From Bigelowiella natans CCMP2755 (lineage: Eukaryota; Protista; Cercozoa), in NCBI GenBank assembly GCA_000320545.1, contig ADNK01002208.1, positions 124,001 through 188,000 of the forward strand: a stretch of DNA of 64,000 nucleotides, given 5' to 3'. A model generated the notes under the pieces. It was not told where the DNA came from. It made no database searches and saw nothing but the letters and a program-made list of their open reading frames with translations. Positions 40,236-53,584 of the stretch are shown one piece after another. The translations under genes were made by a program, and so were the position numbers. Every line of letters begins with the position of its first letter. The first letter of the stretch is position 1.

Positions 40236-42611
40236 TGTGCACCACCTGCACAGTGGGCGATGTCGGAAGCTTCGTGTTGTCCCGTGGTCAATGTGAAGAA
40301 TCATGTGGAACGTGCAACACATGTGATGTCGTGAAAGACATGGACCATCTCCTCCAGCAGTGGCAGCTGCAGGCATGCAGCACGTGATGGTGGACAGACA
40401 GATGCCAGAGATTCAGGCATGCCGTGCCATCTGGCAAGCAGACTGTCCGGCTGTCCGGCATGTGCACATGAATGCTGATTTCAAATGCACGATGATGGAC
40501 ACAGCAATGCATCGCATGCATCACACGTGCATTCAACATGCATGCACGCAGACTGCATGCATGCGAGCTGCCGCTGCGTTTCACAGCCACATCAGAATGC
40601 ATGCTGGCATGACCATTGAAACAAAAGATTTGATCAATTCGTTGCATCCGTCTCACATGTGCATGGGCGGAGAGCGCTGTGTGCGGTTGTCGCACACACA
40701 AGCAACGTGACGTGCTGTGCACGTGCAACGCGCGACAGTTGCATGCTCGTGCATCGGATGTCACGTGCAGTTTGGCTTTGTCCCTTGCCAGCTTGCTGGC
40801 AAGCTGGCAAGAGCACACGCGATGCACGCAGTGCAATGAATGGACGTGGAGACAGGGATCATTCTGGCATTCCACCAGCAGAGATCTGAGGGTGCGTGCA
40901 AAAATTGGAGACTCAGAGTGCAAGCTGGAGCAAACAAAATCAAAGCAAAGTTGCAGAAAATTGTCATTCGCGCGAGCTTGTGTCGCGCTGCGCGGTGTTG
41001 CACCATCACTGTCACTTTTGGTGGGAGGCGTTGGCATGCCAGCATGCGAGTGTTCATTGGAAAAACTTTTTGGCGGTCGTGTGGTGGTTCACTTGCAGTG
41101 CTTCAGTGATGTGCGCTGCAGAATGCGTGCGCAGGACTGTGCTGATGCAACCAAGTGACAACACGCAGTTGTGCTTCCGTTTGAGTTCTGATGATTGTTT
41201 TCAACTTGCGCAACGTGCACGGGTTCCGGCGGTGTCGAGAACATTCTCGATCACTCTGGAAGGTTCTCGAAGGTTCTCGAACCTTCTCAGAACTTCGCAG
41301 AAGTTCGCAGAACTCGTGCGCACTGGGTTCCGGCGCTGCGGATTCGGGAAGATCATCGAATCTTCTCGAAGCTTCTCGAGCATTCTGGAAGGTTCTCGAA
41401 GACTCTCGAACCTTCTCAGAAGTTCGCCACGTGCAACAGTGCAAACGCAGGCGGCCTTTGCGCATGCGTCTGCCCTTCATCGTGGGTGGTGCAACCACAC
41501 CGCTGACAAAACTTTTGGCGGCTCTGCAGCCACAGGCATGGCACAGTGATGCAGCGCGTCGTTGAAACTGTTCGCATGCAAAACGGCCGCAGCCGGGCCC
41601 TCGTCCTTGATCTCGTGGTCAAGGCAGGCTGCGTGCTTCTGAGCCGGGTGGCACTTGTAGAAGTGCAAGCTTGTTGGGGCGATGTGTCTGGGCTGTGCAG
41701 CCACTTCTTGAGGTGTTCCTGCTGGTGTCGTGCTTGTCGGTTGTTTGTCTTTGTTGTTTTCGTGTGTTGGTCTGCTGTTGTTGTCAACTTTTGTCATCGT
41801 TGGTCTCTCGGTCTTTCTTGGTTTTTTGTCTTTGTTTGGTTTTCTGTGGTTTTGGGTTTTTTGTGGTTTGGGGTTTTGGTTTTTTCTTGGTTGCTCGAAG
41901 TCTTTTGTCAATTGGGACTTCGAGTTTTTTTTCGCTCGAGGCCTCGAAGTGTCGTGTGCGGGAGGCAAAGTGACGAGAGCAGACTGGGAGCGCACAAAGG
42001 GAACTGGTGCGCAGAACTCAACTCCAGAGCTCACCCTGGGCACTGGTTGCCAGTCGAAAGAAAGTTCTGGAACTTTCTGCCCTGGGGTGCTGCTCGGAAA
42101 GAAGCGCACTCGTTGTGCACGTGCGCTCCGGTGCATGCGACTTGTGTTGCCGTTGCGCCTTGGCTTGCGCTTCTCGATGCTCCTTCGCTTTCGCTGTTGT
42201 TGTTGCTGCATCGCTGCCGCGCTCCGTCGCTGCACGACAATCGAGACATTGCTGCCACGTGCTGCGTGTTGAGAAAAAGGTTGACATGCATGCACATCGT
42301 TGCTGCGTGCTGCGATGGTGGCATGGCGCCTGCCAGGAGCTGCGCCACACTTGGGGTGCAAACGTTGGCGATGCAATGGACACGTGACGACATCACATGG
42401 ATGTGCATCACGTGTCCAGCAGCCAGATGCATCGATCATTGCTGTGCATGCTGCTTGTCATCAGGGTGCAAGCTCACGTGCGTGCGCACGTGCAACACCC
42501 ATCAGTGCATTTGCACCCTTGGAATGATCCCTGCATGCATGCATGGAGATCGAGTTGCTGATTCATGCAGCAGGATCGAATGATGCAAACGTTGAAACAG
42601 CCATGCACACA
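40197..42611. other. TpA-free desert (hypermutated intergenic DNA or transposon relic)
   Basis: A single TA (41658-41659) in ~2.4 kb. CpG is abundant. Long spurious ORFs occur in all six frames because TAA/TAG codons are almost entirely absent. Confidence 0.95.
41250..41420. promoter_or_regulatory. Two arrays of alternating nGAAn/nTTCn pentamers (heat-shock-element-like)
   Basis: GAAggTTCtcGAAggTTCtcGAAccTTC (~41259-41286) and a 12-unit run GAAtcTTCtcGAAgcTTCtcGAGcaTTCtgGAAggTTCtcGAAgaCTCtcGAAccTTC (~41358-41415). Confidence 0.6.
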
Positions 42612-42961
42612 TAGCGCTGATTGCCGCAATGGAATGCGTGCCTGCATGCACGTGTTGTGACATGGGATTGATTGATGCATCAATCAATTGAGCACTCACG
42701 TCACGCATGTATGCGACGACGTGTCATCAATGCAAGTGAACTAGCCAGCGCACCCCAAAACGAGAGGCTGCACCACTAGCTGTGACACTGCTGATCTGCT
42801 GATGGATGCATGCATGACGTTTGCATTGATTGCTTCCATGTGACTCATTTCTCGCCGGACAGGGATGAATGAAACGAGAAATTCACGAGATGCTCATTTG
42901 TTTCACAGGCAATAGCATGGCAGCAATCTCGAAATTCTCATTACTTGCATCCACTTCTACA

Positions 42962-44227
42962 TCAATTCGACCCAGACTCATCATTTTTTTTCAACATTGA
43001 AGATCCTTCAATTTGAATTCCAAGCCTTTTGGCAACCATTTCCTGTACCTATAAATATCAAATTCTATTCAGATGACAACACCGATAACTAATCACTTGA
43101 TTTTTTTCACCTGCTTCCGAAGATTTTGCTTCTTTTCATTTTTCTTATTTTTCGTTAATCTCTCGATACTTGTGTGATTTCGGGTTTTCTTGAGCGTATG
43201 GGCTTTAGTTTGCACAACATCCGACTCGTGTTTCATGCGTCTGCTCTTACTTTTCTCTAATTTGCGTAAGTTAGGACGTAGTTCTTTGACATGTTGTGAT
43301 GGTGGAATCTGATGGTGGGGAATCTCAGTCATCTTTGGACGTTTCGTATTAATTCTATGATCATAGAATGGGCTATCATTGGCGTGTGTGGTTGCGGGAG
43401 GTATCACTGAGGGGATGGACATGGATCTATCTTCTTCTGAAAGTTTTGCGATTGGTAACTCTGGAACAGAGGGTTTGTGAAGGCCGTGGAGGGTATTATG
43501 GCGTGGTAACGGATGCGAGTGCTGATGTTGATGCTGATGCTGAGGACCATGGACTATGGCTGATAAAACCGGCATCGCAACATTATGTTGCGTGCTCTGC
43601 AGTCTATGAATGCGAGCCTGATGTTTTTAATAAATTTTAATTCTTGAATAGGACAACATTAGCCTAAATAGTTCGTTAACGCAAACCTTTAGCATGTTAC
43701 TGATATCTATGAGCTTCTCCCTCTCGGACCTATGAGAAATAAATTATGCGTAATTAAGGGCGTGTTTGTGAGGAATTGAATTGACTGCGACCGTACTTAA
43801 GTTTTTTTATCCTCCGCTGTAGTTGAGAGATTTTCACTATGTAAATAATTGAAAATATCTATCAACAAATGATATGCTTTTATCTAAATGATACCTATTT
43901 ATCATACGACATAAGAAGGACAACCTTCTAGTTCTTGATTTTTAGTCTCTTCAATTGAGAGCCGCTGTTTAGTTCCAAGCGAAGTAGAAGCATCCCCGAG
44001 TGCTTTGTTCGGAGTTCCTTGGGCTAAGCAAATATTGATTAGGAAATTTCAGGTAAATCAATTTTGTTCTTACTGTTCTGCTGAAGCTGAAATTGTCTGA
44101 TTTTTTCCATCTCTGCTCTCATTTCTTTAACGATAGCTTTGAGTCTGGAATTTTCTACAGTTTCACCAAAAAATAACCAATTCTACATAATATGGTACTT
44201 GAGTACACTACACACACGCACACACAC

Positions 44228-44262
<35 letters not shown>

Positions 44263-44395
44263 TATATGTTAGTTGAGTAAATATGTTGAATAATGTTGGG
44301 GAAAATATATAATATATATGTTAGTTGAGTAAATATGTTGAATAATGTTGAAATATGTTGAATAATGTTGAAATATGTTGAATAATGTTGGGGGA

Positions 44396-44450
<55 letters not shown>

Positions 44451-47400
44451 CGTGTGTGATATAAAATTATCACGCCTATGCAAGTCAGCCATTTCCATTG
44501 TTTACTATTGTAGTGATTGTTATGTGTCCATTCCGAGACCTGTCTGTAGATTGAAAAACTGGTTTTTAAAGTCAACGCCTGGTGTGATAGTTTCCGGTTG
44601 TCTGTCTGTGAGGATCTCGCTTGCTACGGAGTTTCCCCTTTGAGGTTGTGTGAGCATTCTTGGATCACCACCACCAGGACTTTGTATCTTTGTGCTAATG
44701 TTGCTGTTGCGGGTACTGATGGAATAGCGCGGTAGAGATGCCCCACGTGAACCAAAATTGTAATTACTAATTCCTTGCGTTGGCGATGGATCTGGGGAGA
44801 AAGCTGGGATTTCAGGAAGTGGGGAGGGTGGAGGGCCAAGATCATCCGAGAGGGATGGGGAAGGTAACTCTAATTGTTGGAAATTACTATGGCCAGCGAC
44901 TAAATTTGCATCAACATTAAATTTAGATGGCTTGCTCCTATTACCCATCTTCTTCTCCTCAAGACTCTCTTCTGAAAACGAGAATCGATGCTTACGTCGT
45001 CCGGGAGAAGTTATTTCGTTTGTAAGTTGTGGTTTAGGCGATAACACCGAGAACGACTGCTTCCTTGTCTTGGTAGTAGCTGCTGGTATTCTAGCGAGGA
45101 GTTCTCTTTTATCTTCTTGCAGTTTTAAGTTCTCATTTTTGTTACTTTCAATCTCCAGCTTTGCTTCGTCGAGTTTGGACTTCAGCTCCTTCTCATTCTT
45201 CTCGGCACGCGATTTCTGGGCTTCTATAAGAGCCACGCGAGTCTTGGTTTGCTCCTCTAAATCAGTGAACTTTGATTTCTCTTGGACCAGCTCCTTTTTA
45301 AGATTTTTGGACTGTAAGGTAAAAGAAACGATAGGGTGAACTCCCAAGAATAAGAACCACATTATCATCAACATCATTTACATTGTATATACCTCCAATC
45401 GTAAGTCATCCATATCCTTGCATATCTTTGATATCTTTGAATCTTGTTGAATATTGCTATCGTGGAGAGTTTTTATTCTTTCCAGCGACGCTTTTTCGCG
45501 TGTGATAGAGACTTTTAGCTTTCCCTCGAGCAACTGTATTTGTGCCCTGATGAAAAATGATGAAATTTTTAAATATAATTAAGAAAAAGTTCCGAAATAA
45601 AAATCGAAAAAATTGGCTATATGTATGACCTCAGCTCTTCCTCAGAGCGTTTTTGCGAGCATTTTTCCTCAATAAGCTGGGATTGAAGCTCAGTCATCCT
45701 AAAACACACACACTCACTAAAACACAGAGCATACTTTGTTACATTGTATTTTTCATAATCTCTTTCACCGTAATACCTTGCCTCTGCTTTCACTTTTCCT
45801 TCTCTCAGACGGACTACATCGCCACCCGTCATGGACATCTGGGAGATAAATATATCAGCTGATTATTGAGCAACTGTTCGTTGGAAAATCATACCCTATT
45901 TTGTAACCCTTTCATAGTCGCATTGACTTTCGCAAGTTTTTGTTCTTTTTCCCACACTGTTCTATGCAACTCGTGAATCTGTGTAGAATTCATATAGAAG
46001 TGATGACGTTCAAATATTTAAAGTAAATATGTATATTGATACAATAATTCACGCTGCATGTTGTTCTGAGACACTGAATAAATACCTCTCGTGCATGTTT
46101 AGCTTTTATATTCTCCATTTCCTGTGTTTGGGCAATGGAATGTTCCTTATAATCTTTGCGCCATCCTGCAAGCTCTACCTCTGCAGCCGTCGCGCGACAA
46201 GCTAGCTTCTTTAGGTTCTCAACCTCTTTCTCGTATTCAATATTACGTTGCCTGGCGTGCTGAAGCTCTGTTCTCAATTTTGTGGACTCAATTTCTCTCT
46301 CACGTGCTATTTTAAGCTTCTCAGAAACGATATCTTTCATCCTTGCCTCAAGGGATTGAACAGCTTCACGAGATTTTTGTTTCTCTTCCATAATTGCAGT
46401 CCCTGCCTTGGCGGTTGAGGATTTTAGATCCTCCTGAATCTTGGCCAACTCCTTGTTTTTGCTATCAATCTATATGATCACATTGTAGGTTTTCACTGTC
46501 ATGACAACAAATACGGAAATAATCCTACATCATCTAGCATTAACCTGAGACATGAGAAATTTGGCCTTTTCCTCCAAGATGCAGTGCCTTTCCGCGAGTC
46601 TCTCAAGTTGCTTCTGTAAGTTCGTCTGATAATGCCCGATATAAAGGTGCAAACTTGAGTTATTCGAATGTGAGCAAAGATTGGATGAGTTTGAAGCGCA
46701 AAATTGTTTCACTGCACCACCTTTGAAGCCCTGAGGGTTCGTACTTTGTGATGTTCATTTTCCAGCTTGATCTCATTTTCAGCATAAAATTTATGCAAGT
46801 CTTGTTCAAGTTGAGTTTTAACTTTTTGCTCTATGATTTCAAATTCTTCATTCTTCGATCGTAGTTTACTTTGCAAAACCTTTACAAACGTTATGTAAAG
46901 GCATCAGAATTAACTCATTTACCTTATAATTCCATTACTTTGAAACAAATGTTCTAAAACACTATTGCCAGTTCAAATAATTGTGAGAAGTGTGCGTGAT
47001 CAATCTTTAAGAACTGGATTTACCCTGATAGACTCCTCAAATTTCACTTTCTGGTCCTCCAAGGCAACTTCGTGTGCTGCATTACGCGATTCCAGTTGGT
47101 CGGAGAATGCTTGAAGTTTTCCCTTGTAAAATTTTTCCAATTGACCTGATTCCATTTTTTGTATTTGCGAGACCGATTTGAGCTCCGTTATCTCATCCTT
47201 AAAGAAATATTCATAATTACATTCCTTAGTTCATACCAACCTGTATTTAGTGTATCTTCAGTCTATTAAAATTGGATAGTACTTTGTATTTGGCCACAAT
47301 AGCGTCCCTCTCAGTAACCATGTCCTTCATGCGTTGAAAAGCGGACTCATATTCTAACAAAGCCGAATCTCTCTCAGCAAGAAGTGACAGGTTGAATTTG

Positions 47401-47807
47401 TAATCTTCTGTTATCTTTGAGATCTCCTCCTTCTGTCGCTTTATCTGATCCAACATACGTTCGAGAAATGATAAAGAAATTTTTGTTACAAGAAGATGAA
47501 AATATTAGCAATAGGATGTCGATATCAATAAATTTCTCCTGTAAAGTATAAATGAAATTGATTTATAACTCGTACCGTTTGTTGTTGGTGAAGTTGGAGG
47601 GATCGCAGCGACTCCATCTGTGAGTCTTTGATTCTTCGCAGCTCTTCCTCTCTCCGGGCAATAAGCTCCCTAAATTAGATTTGACCATTTCAAATTTGGT
47701 AAGAAGGCTAATTCTCTGACGTCTGTATGAACCTGAAATCTCAAATTAACCTACCCATAATGAGATTGATCGCCTGTCGCTGAGATTTCAATTTTGGACT
47801 CTTCCAT
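42962..47807 (-). CDS. Long coiled-coil protein, CCDC57-like (centriolar)
   Basis: N-terminal ELIARREEELRRIK and ITEDYKFNLSLLAERDSALLEYE resemble the conserved CCDC57 N-terminus. Many coiled-coil exons follow (ORFs 45990-46448 and 44520-45377). The last exon ends with TGA at 42962-42964. Confidence 0.7.
44262..44390. repeat. Intronic minisatellite (AATATGTTG / AATAATGTTG units) flanked by (TA)n
   Basis: Repeated aatatgttgaataatgttg units are visible directly. Confidence 0.85.
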
Positions 47808-48323
47808 CGAGGCTAAGATTTTCCTTCTCCGTTAGAGATTATTTTTTCTACTTCATTCCAAATGCCTGGTGCAACCCTATCTTAGCATAGGCTGCTCCTT
47901 AGATTTCACCCCTGAGACCCCCACCTTTAACCTCTCCTTCGTCGATCGTCGCCGTTTCGGAACACTTTCCCGCTATTACGTTTAAAGTCACAGCTCGGAA
48001 GCATAAGTCGAATAGGACCCTTTTCTATTGATTTTCATGGCTATGTTGTTGTGTTACTCTTAAAATGGATCACTCATTCAAAATCATTGGCCACTTTGAT
48101 GGTATTTAGTCTTGCGACAAGGTTATATTCTCCAAACAGTGTAAGAATCAAGGAGAAAACAGGCCTTAACAACTACCAGAAGAATCACGAACTGCTCATA
48201 GACGTACTAAAAAAAAATGGCTCGTACGACGAAGCGAAAGAGTTGTAACTGCTGAATCAGATAACAGTCCAGTCCGCGAAAGGCCCCCACTTCGCCAAAT
48301 AAGGCAATTCCCAACAATTATAA

Positions 48324-50540
48324 ATGATTGAACCGGGGGGGCTACCAATAGAAGGTTTCAATTCGGAGGATCAATCAAAGTTAAAAGATCTTGTCTGCTT
48401 AATGTAAGTTCCTGTTTCGCCAGGCAAGAATGCCACAATGACAACATTTTGAATTATTTGCGCATTCTATCAGATGCCAAAATGTAGCACGTGACATTGT
48501 AGAGTCTACCTGTGGTCACGTTTTCTGCGAGTAAGTTCAAATCGCGCACCGTTACCTATTTGGCGATCGAACTTATTCAGTGTCTAATTGATTCATCACC
48601 AAATTTTCAACGTAGATTATGTATACATAAATGGCTACGGCGCTCGAAGACATGCCCGCTGGATCGGAAGCCATTGACTCGAAACAACCTCCATCCTGCG
48701 GCCCGAGACAGGCGCATGATAGCCAGCATGAAGTTCACATGTCCTACTTGCAAAAAGGTAAATCCTCGCTCCTTGTAAAATTGATGGTAAATATTGTTTT
48801 AAGATATAGATTAATCTTCCTTAGCAAATGCAAGCAAGAGACTACTTTGTACATTATCAAGATTTCCACGCTCCTGATGAGTAATATCCACAGTTTTTCC
48901 TCTTGTTGCGATTTGTTCACAATGGTGGTGTGCATTTAGCGAGCCAGGGATTTCAGCGTCATTTGGCAGTATACGCTCCTTCAGCCCCTCCGTGATAGTC
49001 AGCCGAAACCTGCTTACTGCGACTATAAAGATGTACATATCTTCTTTTCCCTTTCGGAAAGAAGAAGCCTCAATATTTCATCTCCTTCTTCTCGATACCA
49101 CAGGAAACCAGGAGATAATCCGGTTCGAGTAACTTCAGCGTCTACGTTAACAAGCGTCAACATAGCGCCTCACGTAAAGTATGTACCAAAACTTCTTCAC
49201 TCTAAGAGATATCTATGAGATTGCCTCTAACCTAATGCGATGTTGTGTTAATCACTGGAAATTCAAAATTAATGACTCAGATACTACGAGGTCAAAATTG
49301 TAATTCCAGACCCAAATTTAAGCTTTGAGATAGGAATTTGTCACAATGAAAAGGTTAAGCGATCCTAACTTTTGATTTATACATACTTTCTCGCTCTTTA
49401 ATAACTAGTATTCCTCTTCGATGACAATAACAACAGCAATACTCTGTTGATTCTTACGGCCGGACAAGTTGCAATAAAACAAGTAGTGACTTCTGACTGA
49501 TGAGTGGCAGCATTTACTTGTAAATTGCTTCAGCGAACGATGACTGATGATGATGATGATGATGATGATATTGCTTTGACGGTTTGCTACTGCGAAGATA
49601 ATTAAATTGTTCAAAATGATTGACTCATTAGGTAGATATATGGAACCGTGGGGGAAAGCTGGAGACATCATAGGCGTTGGGTGGGTAGCAGCTGTTGCAT
49701 GTAGCAAAAGAAATAATAGTTGAAGGCAAACGCACTAGCAGTAGCAGTGGAACGCTGTAGTGAAAACCAAAATGGAAGATTTAAGACTACGATTACAACG
49801 ACGACTACATATGAGCTCAGTCCGCAGCTGCTGAACGTTCCATAACATTGCTGAGAAACGGACTTCAGCATATGTCTTGCCTTGAAATAGAAGGAACAAA
49901 TAACTTACTGTACGACTATTTGCCACAGATATGACTCCAAGTGCCATCAAATTTTTTTCACACGTCAGGGAAAGTATGCTCGGTAATTATCCATCCAAAT
50001 TTGACCTTACATTCTAAAAACTTCATTTTTCTCTGTGATGTTGACCAATTATTCTTCTATCTTAGCCCTGCAACTGTGAATGTGGGAAGCCATCCGTACA
50101 TGGCGATGGTACAAGCACAATCAAAGACGCCACCACCACCGTCAAGGGAAGCAGCGGGAAGAAGTCAGGGTATGTATGTGGTGTCTCTTCCATCACTTTG
50201 ATCTCTTATCTAGTACGATATACACATAACGTAGACGATTGCGTGAGTAGTTCAGATTCTGTAATCACAACGTGATAACTAGTCAATTATTCTTGTTTTT
50301 CAGCTAAGTAAATTAAATTATGATAGCCTTATCGAGAGATATGGCGACGGAATTATAAATGAAAACAATTAGCTATCATTTACTTCATAGATGATGTGAA
50401 GATATTCGATGTGGATCGCAAGGAGGCAAACATCGACGTGGAAAAAGAGTGGGAAAAAGTTGTGGAATCAAGTAGTAACAACTCTAGAATGTTATATATA
50501 ACATCGTAAGTATTAAATGTAATCTATATGCACTTAGTGC

Positions 50541-50574
<34 letters not shown>

Positions 50575-50687
50575 CTGAACAAATCGATTCATCTTACAAA
50601 TTAACACGGAAAAATAAAACGGCATACGATATAGATACGATGCGACGCTACGCTCATCTTATTATAGTAAACCTCATTCTATCTACA

Positions 50688-50750
<63 letters not shown>

Positions 50751-51518
50751 CTTTAATTTAAATGCTAGAGGCAGCATTAGGTGAGGCAAGACTTTCCGTA
50801 AATTTTGGCCCAAGATTCCTTTTCAATCTGAAGGAGTACGCTAGGAGATCTTTGGTAGTTGATGGTTGGATAATATATTAGTTTTTGTAGTTGAATGCAT
50901 CTTTCTTTTATTCATTTGTTTTCAAAATTTGAATTATGTATCTTATGATATTTTGAAAATCAGCCTCCCTCTGTGTCTACTGCAGTCACTCTAACTGACA
51001 CTATACGTAAGTTCCATTCCCACACAGTTATACGCCATTGCAGTGTTTTCACAGCGCCATAGCCTGAACCACATGTATTACCTTTCAGATTCCCAAGAGG
51101 CAGCAAGCTTCTGCCCGTTCTGTAGGATGGCGATTTCGTTTCCTGCTGGGGCACAGCAGATTATGTAAATAATTGTGCCTGCCTTCTTATACCCATTTTT
51201 GACAATTCGTTGGGTGTTTCCATAATTTTTAAATGTTTACGTGTGCGACCTACATAACGCAAAAAAAAGTATCACTGGGTCATTCGCATTGAGGCATCTC
51301 ATCGTCTCTCAGGTGCCCATATTGCCAAATGGTATCTAGGGTGCTCAATAGGTGCGTTAAAATAAAATTTGAGTTAAATTGTCTACACTATTAAAGCAGT
51401 TTTCTCGTTATTCCCCATCAGACAAGAGCACGGTGGGACATCTTATGTTTTACCACGAGCGCTAACTCAACCTCGGAGTCATACACAAGCAAGATCAAGG
51501 ACGTGCTCCCTAATGTGA
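48324..51518 (+). CDS. RING E3 ligase with a SPRY-like domain, an LSD1-type zinc finger and a C-terminal CaaX motif
   Basis: RING: LVCLI/CQNVARDIVESTCGHVFCE/LCIHKWLRRSKTCPLDR. SPRY motifs: YYEVKI...FEIG, GDIIGVG, IFFTRQG, SVNFGPRFLF. Zinc finger: CPFCRMAISFPAGAQQI/MCPYC. The protein ends RTCSLM* (TGA 51516-51518). Confidence 0.8.
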
Positions 51519-52117
51519 AATGACTCGAGCATGTGCGGTATATGGTGGCACAATGTACATCGTTATCAAACAAAGCATCATGAAACTTACAAAAGACCGT
51601 CACAATGAATGCCATGCATGCTTTACATTGCATAGCTGTGTTAATTAAAATCACATTTGTAGATTTGCTCCGTAGTGCTGCATGCAATTTGCAACATTTA
51701 CACATCAGCAAGTAACATGCGTACGATACAGTGATGTTGATGCGCATGTGACGGGTTTTACAACGGCATATCTAGAAATGCATGAGCACTTGCTAATACA
51801 CTGGTAAACTATATTATAAAATGCTTGTTATTCGCCATGACCGAACGTAACACATTTAATAAAGGCTTTGCTAGCGCAGTTCGAGCAACGTATATGTAAA
51901 TGTTCCCTGCTTCTGTATTGCATCGTAGCGCGTATTCAGTGTCGCAATGACGAATGGAAACATTTAGGACATCACTAGTCTTTATTGAAATTCTAGACTT
52001 GAATCCATTGCATAAGCAACAGGCAGAACTTTGCGATTATGTATATCGTTAATAAACACCAGAATTCTGCTTTGTGGCATAAGAAATATCCTATCCACGA
52101 ACTACAACTGAGATGTA

Positions 52118-52436
52118 TTACCCAAGATACCAATTCAACATGATTTTGCAGGCATTAAAGTTCAAGAGGCAGGCAAAGAAGTAAAAAATAAGTATTACTC
52201 CGACGGGATAAAAGAAACGATTCTGATCTCTTAAGAAAGGGAGCACACTATACCTGCAATGATGCAAATCAAAATGAATCCTAGTTTCAATATCGAAGAT
52301 GTAGATTACCCGAGAACCGTGACGTAATGGTAGTAGATAAATGCAAAAGCATAGAGAGAATTGGCGAGCACTGTTGCAACAAAATCCGACTGACAATAGT
52401 TAATAAGAGTGAGGGAGGGAGAGAGAGGGGGGGGGG

Positions 52437-52487
<51 letters not shown>

Positions 52488-53584
52488 AGCGACATGAAAA
52501 TGATCAACAAGTGAGACGGTTGGTACCTGAAGAAGGAGAGGCGTGAGGAAAAACTGGACAGGGTAAAGCAAGACAAATAGCGGAAAGTAGCTGAGCATAG
52601 CAAATATGCATGTTATATGAGAAGGAAGTCGCAATATTCATTCCGAATCCTTACCCGTTGCAATGAATGTCGAATGCGTAAAGCCACTCGACCTAGTGAA
52701 GTTTCCGTATCAGTGAAAGTTAAAACTTTGAGGAAGCATGAAAGAAAGATCCTACCTGCTGATCTGTTGTCATAACTCGCTGTACTCTGAGGTAACGATT
52801 CGCAACGAAGCTTGTAGCTGTAGCCATAATGCATCCTGATTTTTCCATCGCAGAATCGCAGAATTAATATTTCAGAGAAGTCTCGATACATTATACGCAG
52901 AGGGGGGGGGGGGGAGGGGGGGGATCTGAGAACTATTGTGCATGGGTAGCTAAATTACTTGTGAAATATTCGAAAAAACATAGTAACCTGTTCCGAGAAA
53001 ATCCACTACAACAGAACCGACGACTACACGTAGGAGGTGCAGAATTCCGTGCACTGTACACCCAAATTATCTTTGCTTGCTCTCATTTAACAATCAAAGA
53101 TGTTCAATACCTCCAAACGTGATGCAGTACGCTAAGCTTGAGATTGCTATCATGCCCATCAATATCGCAACAAATGCAGGGTCTAAAAAACAAACTCTAA
53201 GTTAACGTTTGTTACAAAGAGCTGAAAAATTGGAATGACCGTCTCTTGCCCATTGATTCTTGATCTTCCTCCTTATCTGTGTAGCTTTATAAAGTTCACC
53301 GGGAGCAAATCTGCATAAACTTACCATTTGAGAGTAAGTGTACTGAAAGTCCATTTGGTCAAATTGGACCAGGCGCATGAGGTATTCTGAAATTGCATTC
53401 TGCCCAGTGTTAACGCCTCTTCCTCCCAGAGGCAGAATAAAGTTACCACCCCTTGAACCTCCGATTCCAGGAGATGAGGGTGGCAAATAGCTGCGACCAC
53501 TTCCGGGAGTCTCCCCACTCTAAGAATGCATAGTCTCAAGTACAGTCATCAAATATCATTTTCAATTACCTCGATCGATATCAT
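52118..53584 (-). CDS. UNC50: UNC-50/Gmh1 family Golgi membrane protein
   Basis: QMDFQYTYSQMVSLC, KNQWARD/DPAFV, ANRYLR, VEWLYAFDIHCN and YSVLPFL. Confidence 0.92.

Noticed and set aside
40197-42611. CpG methylation decay or classical RIP as the cause of the TG/CA excess
   Set aside because: CpG is abundant here (gcgcg, cacgtg, tcga). Those processes do not eliminate TA, and RIP increases it.
40288-42708. Many long overlapping ORFs (up to 345 aa) in all six frames
   Set aside because: These are a by-product of TA loss, since TAA/TAG are almost absent. The translations are Cys/His/Ala/Met-rich with no recognisable domain.
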